NCBI GenBank assembly: GCA_963713825.1 | Contig: CAVQNG010000025.1 | Location: forward strand, 704,001 to 768,000 | DNA: 64,000 nucleotides | Direction: 5' to 3' | Source of the DNA: an uncultured Acidobacteriota bacterium | Lineage (GTDB): Bacteria; Acidobacteriota; Thermoanaerobaculia; Multivoradales; JAHEKO01 | In this document: in pieces, positions 29,335-39,145 of the stretch | Position numbering within the stretch: position 1 is the first letter of the stretch | Layout of the letters: each line of letters starts with the position of its first letter | Position numbers and translations under genes: made by a program | Notes under the pieces: model-generated | The model's input: only the letters and a program-made list of their open reading frames with translations | Told to the model about the DNA's origin: nothing | Database searches by the model: none

Positions 29335-30714
29335 CTACTCGGTCGAGGGCTCGGCCTCGGCATGTCCTACCGGTGGGCTGGGAAGCGCCTCCCTGGCCTT
29401 CTGGAGCTTTCTATAGAGCGTGCGCTCGCTGACTCCGAGCCGCCGAGCCAGCGCCCGTTGGCTACCGCCAGTTCGGGACGCTGCCCATCCGATGTAAAGC
29501 GCCTCCACATCGCTCAAGGGCACCACATCTCCCTCGAAGCTCAGTCGTGGTCTCGAGACTTCTTTGCCTGTCAGGCAGGCACTGGGGAGATGTTCTGGCA
29601 GGATGATTTTTCCGTCTGCTGTCAGACAAGCGCGTTCCAGGATTTGGATCAACTCGCGGACATTTCCCGGAAAGTCGTAGGCTTGCAGCGCCTCGATTGT
29701 GCTGGGATCGACCTCAGGGCGGGGCTGTAGGAGCTCCAATCGGTGCAGCAGGCTGTCGACGAGAATCGGGATGTCGGTGATTCTGTCTCGCAGGGAGGGC
29801 ACCGCGATGGGGAATCCTCCGATCTGATGTCGTAGGTCGTCCCGAAAACGACCGGTCCTGGCGAGGTCGTCGAGGCTGTGCGTCGAGGAGCAGATGAGGC
29901 GGAACTCCGATCGCTGGGACTGGGTGGCTCCTTCGGGTATGTAGGAACCGGTCTCGAGCAGGCGGAGCAACTTCACTTGTGCGGCCGAGCTGAGAGTCTC
30001 CACCTCCTTGAGAAACAGTGTGCCGCCATCAACCGCTCCGACGAAACCGGTCCGGGATTCATCGGCTCCTGGAAAAGCTCCCTTGGTGTGGCCAAAGAGC
30101 TCGCGCTCGAACTGCCATTCGTGAAGGGCCGCACAGTCGACCGGAACAAAGACGCGGTGAGCGCGAGGACTGATCTCGTGAAGCGCCCTGGCGACGAGCT
30201 CCTTGCCGGTTCCCGCCTCCCCGAAGATGGCCACCGACTTCTCGGTCGGTCCGACGAGCTCCAGATCCTGCAGCATCCGATTGAACATCGGTGAGCGACC
30301 CACCAACCGATCTCGACTGGCCGTGGCGCTGGCGATCTTTAGCGGCTTCAAGACCTCGAGGAAGTTGTCGAGCTCGCCGGTCTCGTCGAAGAGCGGCCGC
30401 ATGACAATGGCAGTATGGACATCGCCCTCCGGGGTTCTGTGAACATGGACGGTGCGTGCCGGCTCTCCCGTTTCGAAGCTGCGCTGCAGGGGACAGAGCT
30501 CGGAGATGCCTTCGCAAGGCACATCGCGGCAGTGGGAGACCTCGAAACAAGGTCGGCCCTTCACATCGTGTCCATCGGAGAAGACCGAACGGAACTGCTC
30601 GTTGGTGGCGACGATCACTCGATCGCGACCGAGCAACATGGCGGCATCGGGCAGGGCCTCCAGTAGAGCCGCGAAGCGGCCGTTTCGGGGTGGGTGCGTG
30701 ACTTGCTCTTTCAT
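29335..30714 (-). CDS. PAS-domain sigma-54 enhancer-binding protein with degenerate AAA+ motifs
   Basis: PAS, Walker [29 protein letters not shown], Fis-type HTH (ARRLGVSERTLYRKL). Confidence 0.9.
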   Translation of the reverse strand: MKEQVTHPPRNGRFAALLEALPDAAMLLGRDRVIVATNEQFRSVFSDGHDVKGRPCFEVSHCRDVPCEGISELCPLQRSFETGEPARTVHVHRTPEGDVHTAIVMRPLFDETGELDNFLEVLKPLKIASATASRDRLVGRSPMFNRMLQDLELVGPTEKSVAIFGEAGTGKELVARALHEISPRAHRVFVPVDCAALHEWQFERELFGHTKGAFPGADESRTGFVGAVDGGTLFLKEVETLSSAAQVKLLRLLETGSYIPEGATQSQRSEFRLICSSTHSLDDLARTGRFRDDLRHQIGGFPIAVPSLRDRITDIPILVDSLLHRLELLQPRPEVDPSTIEALQAYDFPGNVRELIQILERACLTADGKIILPEHLPSACLTGKEVSRPRLSFEGDVVPLSDVEALYIGWAASRTGGSQRALARRLGVSERTLYRKLQKAREALPSPPVGHAEAEPSTE

Positions 30715-30871
30715 GCTGGGTTCCTCGCTGCCACTGGTGTCAGTCCCTGGTGGGAAGTCCCGACACCGAAGGCGTTTGTCGGAGTCTCCGGATTCTCGTC
30801 ATCACCTAGTCGTCGTGGGCGTTCCTGAGAGTTGCTGCCCAGCCTCCTCCCTCCTTCAGTTCGAAATTGCT

Positions 30872-30886
30872 ACAAGCTTCGTGCCA
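30872..30886 (-). promoter_or_regulatory. Putative sigma-54 promoter for the 30714 gene (variant -12 element)
   Basis: Minus strand TGGCAC-GAAGC-TTGT; -24 element matches consensus, -12 GC is GT. Confidence 0.5.
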
Positions 30887-31013
30887 AGCTCGGGCAGCCT
30901 CGAAATCTTCTCTCCCGAGTCGGATGGGTCGGACGCCGCAATAGGGAGAAGCCTCCCCGTCGCCAGGTTTCGAGAGCGGCCCGCGGGCATTTCGTCGAGT
31001 CCCCAACCCGGGA

Positions 31014-31061
31014 CTGCAACCGGTGTCAGAGCGCCGGTGGATCCTCTGCCGGGGATGGCAG
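31014..31061. promoter_or_regulatory. Tandem candidate activator sites (UAS type 2)
   Basis: CTGCA-ACCGGT-GTCAG (31014) and CTGCC-GGGGAT-GGCAG (31046); similar pair at 33023/33065. Confidence 0.55.
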
Positions 31062-31217
31062 AAAAGGGCGCGGCTCGGGCAGCCAGGGCGTCTCTCTCGA
31101 ACGGGTCTGCCGACTCCGTCCAGCGCTCGAAGTCCTCGAAGAACGCTTTGATTCTTGGGTCTTGTCGGGAGTCCCTGTCCGGTTTTGCTGCCACCTGGCA
31201 GAGCCATCTGCCTGTTC

Positions 31218-31232
31218 TGGCACACCTATTGC
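31218..31232 (+). promoter_or_regulatory. Sigma-54 (-24/-12) promoter
   Basis: TGGCAC-ACCTA-TTGC, an exact match to TGGCAC-N5-TTGC. Confidence 0.85.
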
Positions 31233-31328
31233 GCTATCTGCTGGAAACGCAAGGACAGGAGGCGTCCAAGCCTTCTAGAGCGCAGCGGGGCCCCGCGACG
31301 GCCTTGGTCATGGAGCTGGAGAAAGACC

Positions 31329-31511
31329 ATGACCGATCACATTCACCGCCAACCGGAAGCTGTCGTCCTGGGTCTGCAGCTGAACCGAGAGTCGATTGCA
31401 GCTGGTGACCAGCTGAAGGTGTGGTTTCGAGACCGAAGGGAGGTGGCATATCGATTTTATTGCGGTCGAGGGGGCGGAGAAACGAAGTCTTCACAGGCTA
31501 ACCATGATTAA
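31329..31511 (+). CDS. Possible 60-aa small protein
   Basis: GGAG seven nt before ATG; lies between the sigma-54 promoter and the 31533 gene; no recognisable motif. Confidence 0.3.
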   Translation: MTDHIHRQPEAVVLGLQLNRESIAAGDQLKVWFRDRREVAYRFYCGRGGGETKSSQANHD

Positions 31512-31532
31512 AGAAGAGACCTTCTATGGAGG

Positions 31533-32876
31533 ATGGAAATGAACCAGATGAGCCAGAAATCGTGCCTGATCCTCGGGCTCGCGCTGAGCGTCCTGCTGGC
31601 AATTGCTCCGGCGACCCTGGCCGAAAAGCCGGAGGATCCGGGAGGCAAGCCGCAGGATGAACCCGGTGGAAGCTCCGATTTTGCCGTTCTGTATGGCGAT
31701 CTCTACGTCCTGGAAAGGGATGGGAACGGCGTGCCGGTGACTCGCATCGTCACCTACGACGACCCCGAGTATTCAGAACCTGTCGACGTCGATTGCCTGC
31801 AACCGATCGCCGCAGACTGCTCGATGTTGAACCTGTGGGGAGAGATGCCGGGATTCGATGCCGAGCTCTACGACCCATGCGAGATCCACGTTGATGACCT
31901 GGAGTTGGCTCAGGAAGTCTCCTTTGGGCGCCAGAGCGTCGTGCGGACCGACCCTACGGTTATTGACAGCGCCTACTTCGAGGCCTTGAAAGTCCTCAAC
32001 TCCGCGACGGAATACTACGATCCCGACAATGAGCTCCTGGATGTCTCCTTGCCCGTTCGCCTCGACCCGGCGGGAAGGTTCGAGTTCTACATTCCGGTTG
32101 TCGAGGGCGCGACCGGCTGCGTGGCGCTCGAGGATTGCGCCTGGAAGACGATCGATTCGCCCTTGGAGAATCTGGGTTTTTACCGCACTCTGATGCTCGA
32201 CGGCTGCTTGATGCCCGTCACGGTCACCCGTGGTTACACGGATAGTACCAACACGCTTTCGGCGACTGCGGCCGGCTACCTGGTCGACGCAGACCTGGGC
32301 CATTTGATCTGTGGAATGGTCGACGGAGAGCTGGTACCCGATGAGCATCCGGAAAGCCTCGACATGTTGATGGCAGCGGCCTTCTGGGGAGGAGCCGCTG
32401 ACAAGACGAGCCCGGTGGCCCTTGACGAGTTCATCAACGCGAACACCTACCTGGGGATCAACTCGTACGTAAGAGTCGGGGGGACCAAGAAGAAGCCGGA
32501 GTTGGAATTCACCTACTTCGACTTCACTCCCTTCAGTTATGACCGCGCTGCTACCCATCCCGCGGGAGGAGTGGATCCAGGAGAGGGTTTGCCGCCCATT
32601 CCGTCGAGTGCCACGGTCTTGGGGCTTGCGACAGAGGAGCCGACGTTCGAAATTGTCACTCCTTTGATTCTGTTCTCGGGATCTCCTCCTGGAGTAGATC
32701 TGGAGACTGTCGCAGTCCCGGTCTGCAGGGATGGAGTGATGCTCGGGCCCTGCCTCGGCGGCTCCGGGGATGAAGGCCATTGCGGGCCGGCGAACTACTT
32801 CGAACAGGCCACGGAAGATGCTCGCAAGATCGTCTGGTTCGTCCACAACTGGCACATTCCAGAGATCGCGTACTGA
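31533..32876 (+). CDS. Secreted acidic Cys-rich protein of unknown function (paralog A)
   Basis: Sec signal peptide; GGAGG RBS favours ATG 31539; shares five motif blocks with the 33316 gene. Confidence 0.9.
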   Translation: MEMNQMSQKSCLILGLALSVLLAIAPATLAEKPEDPGGKPQDEPGGSSDFAVLYGDLYVLERDGNGVPVTRIVTYDDPEYSEPVDVDCLQPIAADCSMLNLWGEMPGFDAELYDPCEIHVDDLELAQEVSFGRQSVVRTDPTVIDSAYFEALKVLNSATEYYDPDNELLDVSLPVRLDPAGRFEFYIPVVEGATGCVALEDCAWKTIDSPLENLGFYRTLMLDGCLMPVTVTRGYTDSTNTLSATAAGYLVDADLGHLICGMVDGELVPDEHPESLDMLMAAAFWGGAADKTSPVALDEFINANTYLGINSYVRVGGTKKKPELEFTYFDFTPFSYDRAATHPAGGVDPGEGLPPIPSSATVLGLATEEPTFEIVTPLILFSGSPPGVDLETVAVPVCRDGVMLGPCLGGSGDEGHCGPANYFEQATEDARKIVWFVHNWHIPEIAY

Positions 32877-33022
32877 AACAAGCTGTCCAATCGGGCGTTC
32901 GCCTCGCTCGATCGCCAGGTGGCGGAGCCTTTTGAAGGCCCCGCCGCCTCTGCGTTGGGAAGACTCGGCAGTCGAACCCGTCAAGTTGCTTGATCTGCCG
33001 AACGTCGATCTCAGGAACCGGA

Positions 33023-33080
33023 CTGACAAAGATGTCAGCAGGTCGGTTGCGTATTGGTACCGGACCGCCGCCGGTGGCAG
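33023..33080. promoter_or_regulatory. Tandem candidate activator sites (UAS type 2)
   Basis: Perfect inverted repeat CTGACA-AAGA-TGTCAG (33023) and CCGCC-GCCGGT-GGCAG (33065). Confidence 0.55.
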
Positions 33081-33219
33081 CTATCTGCTCGTCCGTAAGA
33101 CTTGATTGCAGGATAGAGCAGTTGATTCGCTCTCCATGTAGCCTGTAAATAGTTACAAATAAGGCACTTAAGCTGAATGACTTGCGACGTACTACATGGT
33201 CATGTTTGGCGTAGTCTGC

Positions 33220-33234
33220 TGGCTCGCTGCTTGC
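33220..33234 (+). promoter_or_regulatory. Sigma-54 (-24/-12) promoter
   Basis: TGGCTC-GCTGC-TTGC(T); preceded by an AT-rich stretch at about 33140-33180. Confidence 0.7.
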
Positions 33235-33315
33235 TACGGAGGTCTCCACCGACATCGAGCAAGGGCTGCGAGTGGGAGGTCGATGCAATCGTTTCAGCAG
33301 GAAGGAGGAGGCACG

Positions 33316-34782
33316 ATGCGAACCTGGAGAGTTGGATGGATGATTGTGACGGCCGCGGTGCTGCTCCCGGCGGTCCCGGCGATCGCGCAGGATCACGGCA
33401 GCGGCGGTCACGGTGGTGGTAGTGGCGGCGGTTGTGGCGACCTGTTCGGCGATCTGATCCATATTCTGCGTGACGATGTCACCGGTCAGCCCATACTGGC
33501 GAAACGCTGGATAGAGATGCCGAAGGAAATACCGGGATACGGCTGGGGCTACTGCCCGATCCCAGTGGACATCGACGGGGTGGAGCTCGGCTTTGCCCCC
33601 CTGAGCTGTGACGTCGATCCGGCGGACGAGGCCAGGGTCGTGGAGGTCGACTACTTCGGCCGTCTTAGCGGCGGGCGCGTCAAAGAGCGCAACATCCGCA
33701 TGCACTTCGACGAGGTGATTCGCAAGATCCGCCACTCGGAGGTCGTCGACCGAAACGCGGCAGGACGATTGAAGATGGGTGAGGGTTGCGATCTGGGCAG
33801 CGATCCGATCACCTGTTCTTTGTGGATCGAGCTCGACTCGCCCGTGGAGAACATGGCCGTCTTCCATCGCCTGATGAAGTACGGCCATTTCCAGACGGAT
33901 CCCAACGAGGAGGATCTCTGGGCCCATGGGGATCCTGCGGCGGGTACGGAGTACCACCCAGCGCTGCGGGCCAACGATTGGGGGAAATTCGTCGGCGAGC
34001 TGGTTCACTTGGTACCAGGAAAAGTCGGTGAGGAGGCGGAGTGCTTCTACCCCAACCCCGACTCGCTAGCTCCACCGGACGTGCCCTTCAATCCGCAGTG
34101 CGCAGTGCCACACAGGTTGAAGAAGCATGACTTCAATCAAGCGGCCTCGCTCCTTGGCACGGCAGCGAGCAAGGACGGTTGGGTGACCGACCACCTGGTC
34201 CAGTACCTCGGGCGCATCCTCAGGCTCACTGTCGATACAACCGACAATCCGTCAGGCGGTAGCCTGCCGACCAAGAAGACCCTGCCGGCCCTGGTCCGGG
34301 AATGCCAAGTGGAAGCTGGCTGGGACCCCGATCCCGATTCGGAGGATCAAGTCGAGCCGCCGTATGTTTTCACCGACTGCGAGGTCGTCGAGGCGATTCC
34401 TGCCATGGAGAACTACGAGCTGTTCGTCGATCTGCAGGAGGAGTTCGTCGACTTCGGCAAAGTGAATTTCAAACGCTGGCAGCGCTATCGCGACGAAGCG
34501 GGAATTCCCCTCGAAGTCGCTGTCATCGAGCCCCTGGGCTGGGTGCAGGAGCCCTGCGACTTCGATCCGGGTTCCGAAGAGCCCTATTGCGCAGCAGCGT
34601 CCTGGATGCCGGTGCAGGATCCTGGCGTACCGCTGATCGAGTGGCTTCGCTCTGTCAACTCCGGATTGGGTAGTGGCAGGGACATCGACGGCTTCGTCAA
34701 GGCTACGAACGACGCCATCCGTTCGGTACAGTTCATCCATAACTACCGCATCCCAGTCGACCTTTGGGACTTCGACTACTGA
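33316..34782 (+). CDS. Secreted acidic Cys-rich protein of unknown function (paralog B)
   Basis: AGGAGGAGG RBS before ATG 33316; signal peptide ending AIA-QD; His/Gly linker; homologous to the 31533 gene. Confidence 0.9.
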   Translation: MRTWRVGWMIVTAAVLLPAVPAIAQDHGSGGHGGGSGGGCGDLFGDLIHILRDDVTGQPILAKRWIEMPKEIPGYGWGYCPIPVDIDGVELGFAPLSCDVDPADEARVVEVDYFGRLSGGRVKERNIRMHFDEVIRKIRHSEVVDRNAAGRLKMGEGCDLGSDPITCSLWIELDSPVENMAVFHRLMKYGHFQTDPNEEDLWAHGDPAAGTEYHPALRANDWGKFVGELVHLVPGKVGEEAECFYPNPDSLAPPDVPFNPQCAVPHRLKKHDFNQAASLLGTAASKDGWVTDHLVQYLGRILRLTVDTTDNPSGGSLPTKKTLPALVRECQVEAGWDPDPDSEDQVEPPYVFTDCEVVEAIPAMENYELFVDLQEEFVDFGKVNFKRWQRYRDEAGIPLEVAVIEPLGWVQEPCDFDPGSEEPYCAAASWMPVQDPGVPLIEWLRSVNSGLGSGRDIDGFVKATNDAIRSVQFIHNYRIPVDLWDFDY

Positions 34783-34828
34783 AGCGGCGGCAATCCGGTG
34801 CTCCGCTGGTCTGGGAGTGCTGCTGATC

Positions 34829-34858
34829 CGGGCCGGGGGTTCTCCAACCTTCGGCCCG
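34829..34858. terminator. Hairpin between convergent genes (probable terminator)
   Basis: CGGGCCGGGGGTT-CTCC-AACCTTCGGCCCG followed by CTGTTCTT. Confidence 0.55.
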
Positions 34859-34904
34859 CTGTTCTTGTGGCAACGCTCCGGGGACGTCTCGGGTTCGGGC
34901 TCGG

Positions 34905-36236
34905 TCAGTGTTCCCTCAGTCGTCGGTAGAGGGTGCGCTCCGAGATTCCCAGCCGATCAGCCAGCTGGGCGCGCGAGCCGTCGAAGCGACTGCCCATCCA
35001 TTGGATGTAGCGGGTTTCGACATCGTCGAGAGATAGGATTCGGTCGATGTCGATGGGGATCGGCATCTCGCAGCCCACGTTTGTGTCGTTCGTCCCGATC
35101 AGGGGCAGGTGCTCCCGGTCGATGCGGCCGCTATCGCTGAGTAGGCAGGCGCGTTCCAGCATGTTATGCAGCTCGCGAACATTGCCTGGGAAGCTGTGAG
35201 ACCGCAGCACCTCGAGGGCCTCGTCGGTCAGGTGGCAGTGGCCGCCGCAGCCCAGGCGATCGAAGATGCAAGCGGCCAGCAACGGAATGTCCTCCCATCT
35301 CTCGCGCAGCGTCGGCAGGTGGATCGGAAAGGCACTGATCCGATAGTAGAGGTCTTCGCGGAACTGCTCGGCCTCGACCAGCTTCGTCAGGTCGCGGTGG
35401 GTAGCGCAGACCAATCGGAAGTCGGAGCGCCGCTGCTCGACGCTGCCGACCCGCCGAAAGGTGCCAGTTTCGAGCAGTCGCAGCAGCTTGACCTGCAGCG
35501 ACAGCGGAATGTCCCCCACTTCGTCGAGGAAGAGGGTGCCCTCGTTGGCCACCTCGACCAGACCTCGCTTGCGCTCATGAGCCCCGGTGAAGGAGCCCTT
35601 TTCGTGGCCAAAGAGCTCGCTCTCGAACAGTGTTTCGGTGAGCCCCGAGCAGTCCAGGGGTACGAAGGGACCGCTGCTCCGTGAGCTCAACGAGTGAACC
35701 GCACGGGACACCAGATCCTTGCCGGTACCCGATTCGCCGAGCAGCAGCACCGTCGTCGGGGTGTCAGCGACCCGCGTTACGAGGTCGAGCATGCGCTCGA
35801 AGGCGGGTGATCGCCCGACCATCTGTCCGTCTCGAGAGGACTTGAGGCTGGCGATCTGTTGCGGGGCCAGCACCTCCAGATAGAAGCGGATTCGGCCACG
35901 GTTGTCGCAGAGCGGATGCACGGTGACCGACTCGTGTTGCTCGCCTTCGGCGGTGTGGTGGATGTGCAGCGCCGGACACCGCGTGCCGCTGGCTCGGGCT
36001 CCGGCCAGGGGACAGCTTTCGCCGAGCTGGTCGCAGGGAATCCTGTAGTGGTGAGAGACCTCGTAGCAGTGCTTACCACAGACCCGATCGCCCTCCGCGA
36101 AGTGTTCGCGGTAGGCCTGGTTGGCAGCGACGATCTGATGTTCATCGTTGATGATGACCGCCGGCTCGCGAAGCCCCTCGAGCACCGAGGGCAGCGTGAC
36201 GTCCGAGAGGGGGGAGATTCTGTTGCTATCGATCAT
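34905..36236 (-). CDS. PAS-domain sigma-54 enhancer-binding protein (intact AAA+)
   Basis: [41 protein letters not shown]; paralog of the 30714 gene. Confidence 0.93.
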   Translation of the reverse strand: MIDSNRISPLSDVTLPSVLEGLREPAVIINDEHQIVAANQAYREHFAEGDRVCGKHCYEVSHHYRIPCDQLGESCPLAGARASGTRCPALHIHHTAEGEQHESVTVHPLCDNRGRIRFYLEVLAPQQIASLKSSRDGQMVGRSPAFERMLDLVTRVADTPTTVLLLGESGTGKDLVSRAVHSLSSRSSGPFVPLDCSGLTETLFESELFGHEKGSFTGAHERKRGLVEVANEGTLFLDEVGDIPLSLQVKLLRLLETGTFRRVGSVEQRRSDFRLVCATHRDLTKLVEAEQFREDLYYRISAFPIHLPTLRERWEDIPLLAACIFDRLGCGGHCHLTDEALEVLRSHSFPGNVRELHNMLERACLLSDSGRIDREHLPLIGTNDTNVGCEMPIPIDIDRILSLDDVETRYIQWMGSRFDGSRAQLADRLGISERTLYRRLREH

Positions 36237-36245
36237 GTTTGACTC

Positions 36246-36710
36246 TCAGCGGCCGGGGCCGTTGCCTCTCTGCCCGTGTCCGCCGCGTCCCCCCATCGCT
36301 CCCTGACCGGGACCCCCCTGCCAGGCGCCGACGCCATCCCAGAGCGGGATACGGTGGAGCGTGCGCAGGCGCAGCATGGTGTGGCGGGTCAGGTTCTGGA
36401 CCTTGTGCACCTTGGCGGGTCCATCATCGGCTGGGAAGACTCGAGCTTGTATCTGGTCCCCCTGTTCGACCTGGAAATCAACTTCATCTAGGGCGGCTTT
36501 GGGTGCCAGCAGGAGGTCCATTTTCTTCCCCTCTGCTCCCGTGGGTGCGAGGGTTACCGACAGGACTTCGAGATCGCCCTCACCCGGTGCCGATGCGACG
36601 CTCAGAACCGTGCCCTCGACCGTGATGAGCGAGGAGCGCAGATCGTCCTTGGAGCTGGCCCCGATCAGCATGAGCACCGCAAGGCAGATTGCTGCAAATC
36701 GGAGCCTCAT
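36246..36710 (-). CDS. Exported OB-fold protein (MamS/MamX-domain-like) with Gly-rich tail
   Basis: Signal peptide; TVEGTV...LLLAP...GDQIQARV...LRLRTLHRIPLW pattern; ATGA overlap with the upstream gene. Family call from remembered pattern. Confidence 0.7.
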   Translation of the reverse strand: MRLRFAAICLAVLMLIGASSKDDLRSSLITVEGTVLSVASAPGEGDLEVLSVTLAPTGAEGKKMDLLLAPKAALDEVDFQVEQGDQIQARVFPADDGPAKVHKVQNLTRHTMLRLRTLHRIPLWDGVGAWQGGPGQGAMGGRGGHGQRGNGPGR

Positions 36711-37621
36711 CGCACGGGTCCCCGGGTACCTACGGTTGGTGTCGAGACACCGAAGGAAGTGCCGAAGAGAATCGTGAAGTCCTGAGCGGCGTCCGTTAGC
36801 CCGAGAGTAGTGAGAAGGCGCCAGCGCATCTTGCCAAGACTGCGCAGGCCGAAGCCCAATGCCGCCCTTGAGCCCAGGCCATCGACGACTTCGGGATTGC
36901 CCTCCACCCAACCCGACAGGATCAACCGGCCGCCCAGTGGTTCACTCTCGACACCGACGTAGCCCTCGACAACGTCGTTCAGGGTCTGCCAATCGGGATC
37001 GCCCAGGTAGTTCCAGCCGAAACCGCCGAAGCCCGTGGCGGACCAGAACCGGTACTCACTTGTCAGACCGAGGTAGGCGTCCCACTCGCCGGTGCCGAGC
37101 CCTTCGTCGGGATCGGCGGTCGGTACCTTCACTTGCGCTCCGAGATCCATTCGAAAGACCTTGGCACCACCTCCCATCAGGCGCCGGCTGCCAGCCAATC
37201 GAACATCTCCCAGGCCGGAGACCCACTCGTCCTCGACGGTGGTGACCGGGTCCGAGGTCTGGCCGTCGCTCGAGTCGGATCCGGTGCCCCCGGCCGAGCC
37301 GTTGCCGGAATTCGAAGAGATCTGGCTGGCGCTCTGCCCGCCAGATCCGTGCGGTCCTCGCGGCTTTCCCGGTACCGGTCCCTGTCCACTCGGGATGGGT
37401 GCGCCGAGTTCCTTCCGCAGAAAGCCGACGTCGGCTCTGAACTGGTACTTGTCGCCGGTCACGAAGGTGAGCTGGCCAGCTTGGGCAGCGGTATCAGTGT
37501 CGGTACCATAGCTCGCCTGCGTGATTCCACCCAGTAGGAAGAGCTCACCACTGAAAGCGACTACTGGGGTCGACGCCAGCAGGGCCGCGACGATGAGGAG
37601 AACGACAGTTTTGTCAGACAT
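36707..37621 (-). CDS. Putative outer-membrane beta-barrel (MetA-pathway/SphA 'transporter'-like)
   Basis: Signal peptide; GLGDVRL, VKVPTADPDEGLGTGEWD; amphipathic beta strands; Ser/Gly-rich insertion. Confidence 0.7.
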   Translation of the reverse strand: MSDKTVVLLIVAALLASTPVVAFSGELFLLGGITQASYGTDTDTAAQAGQLTFVTGDKYQFRADVGFLRKELGAPIPSGQGPVPGKPRGPHGSGGQSASQISSNSGNGSAGGTGSDSSDGQTSDPVTTVEDEWVSGLGDVRLAGSRRLMGGGAKVFRMDLGAQVKVPTADPDEGLGTGEWDAYLGLTSEYRFWSATGFGGFGWNYLGDPDWQTLNDVVEGYVGVESEPLGGRLILSGWVEGNPEVVDGLGSRAALGFGLRSLGKMRWRLLTTLGLTDAAQDFTILFGTSFGVSTPTVGTRGPVR

Positions 37622-37677
37622 GATCGATTCAGCGGGTCGTCGAGCAAGATCGAGTGTCGAATACGGCATACAGCACC

Positions 37678-37692
37678 GCAATTCCTGTGCCA
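37678..37692 (-). promoter_or_regulatory. Sigma-54 (-24/-12) promoter
   Basis: Minus strand TGGCAC-AGGAA-TTGC, exact consensus, about 55 nt before ATG 37621. Confidence 0.85.
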
Positions 37693-37730
37693 TCCTGAGC
37701 CCTCGATTCGACACCTTCGAGCGCCCGATG

Positions 37731-37760
37731 TTCGACAATTTCGTCGAATACGGTCCTCGG

Positions 37761-37778
<18 letters not shown>
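37731..37778. promoter_or_regulatory. Tandem candidate activator sites (UAS type 1)
   Basis: TTCGAC-AATTTC-GTCGAA, then TACGACGATTCTTGCCG 31 nt later; same layout at 41547. Confidence 0.7.
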
Positions 37779-39134
<1,356 letters not shown>

Positions 39135-39145
39135 GCCTCTGCCTT

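Noticed and set aside
30806-31278. Several short ORFs in the divergent intergenic region (e.g. 30856..31194 -)
   Set aside because: They overlap sigma-54 promoters and UAS motifs and lack a clear RBS or motif; better explained as regulatory DNA.
33144-33172. TGTAA-ATAG-TTACA palindrome and IHF-like AT-rich stretch between UAS and promoter
   Set aside because: Position suits a DNA-bending site, but it is a single occurrence with an imperfect IHF match; too weak to call.
31533-34782. c-type cytochrome call for the Cys-rich secreted proteins
   Set aside because: No CxxCH motif in either protein.
36246-36710. Magnetosome island based on the MamS/MamX-like domain
   Set aside because: No mamA, B, E, K, M or Q-like genes and no magnetochrome motifs; this domain type also occurs in non-magnetotactic bacteria.
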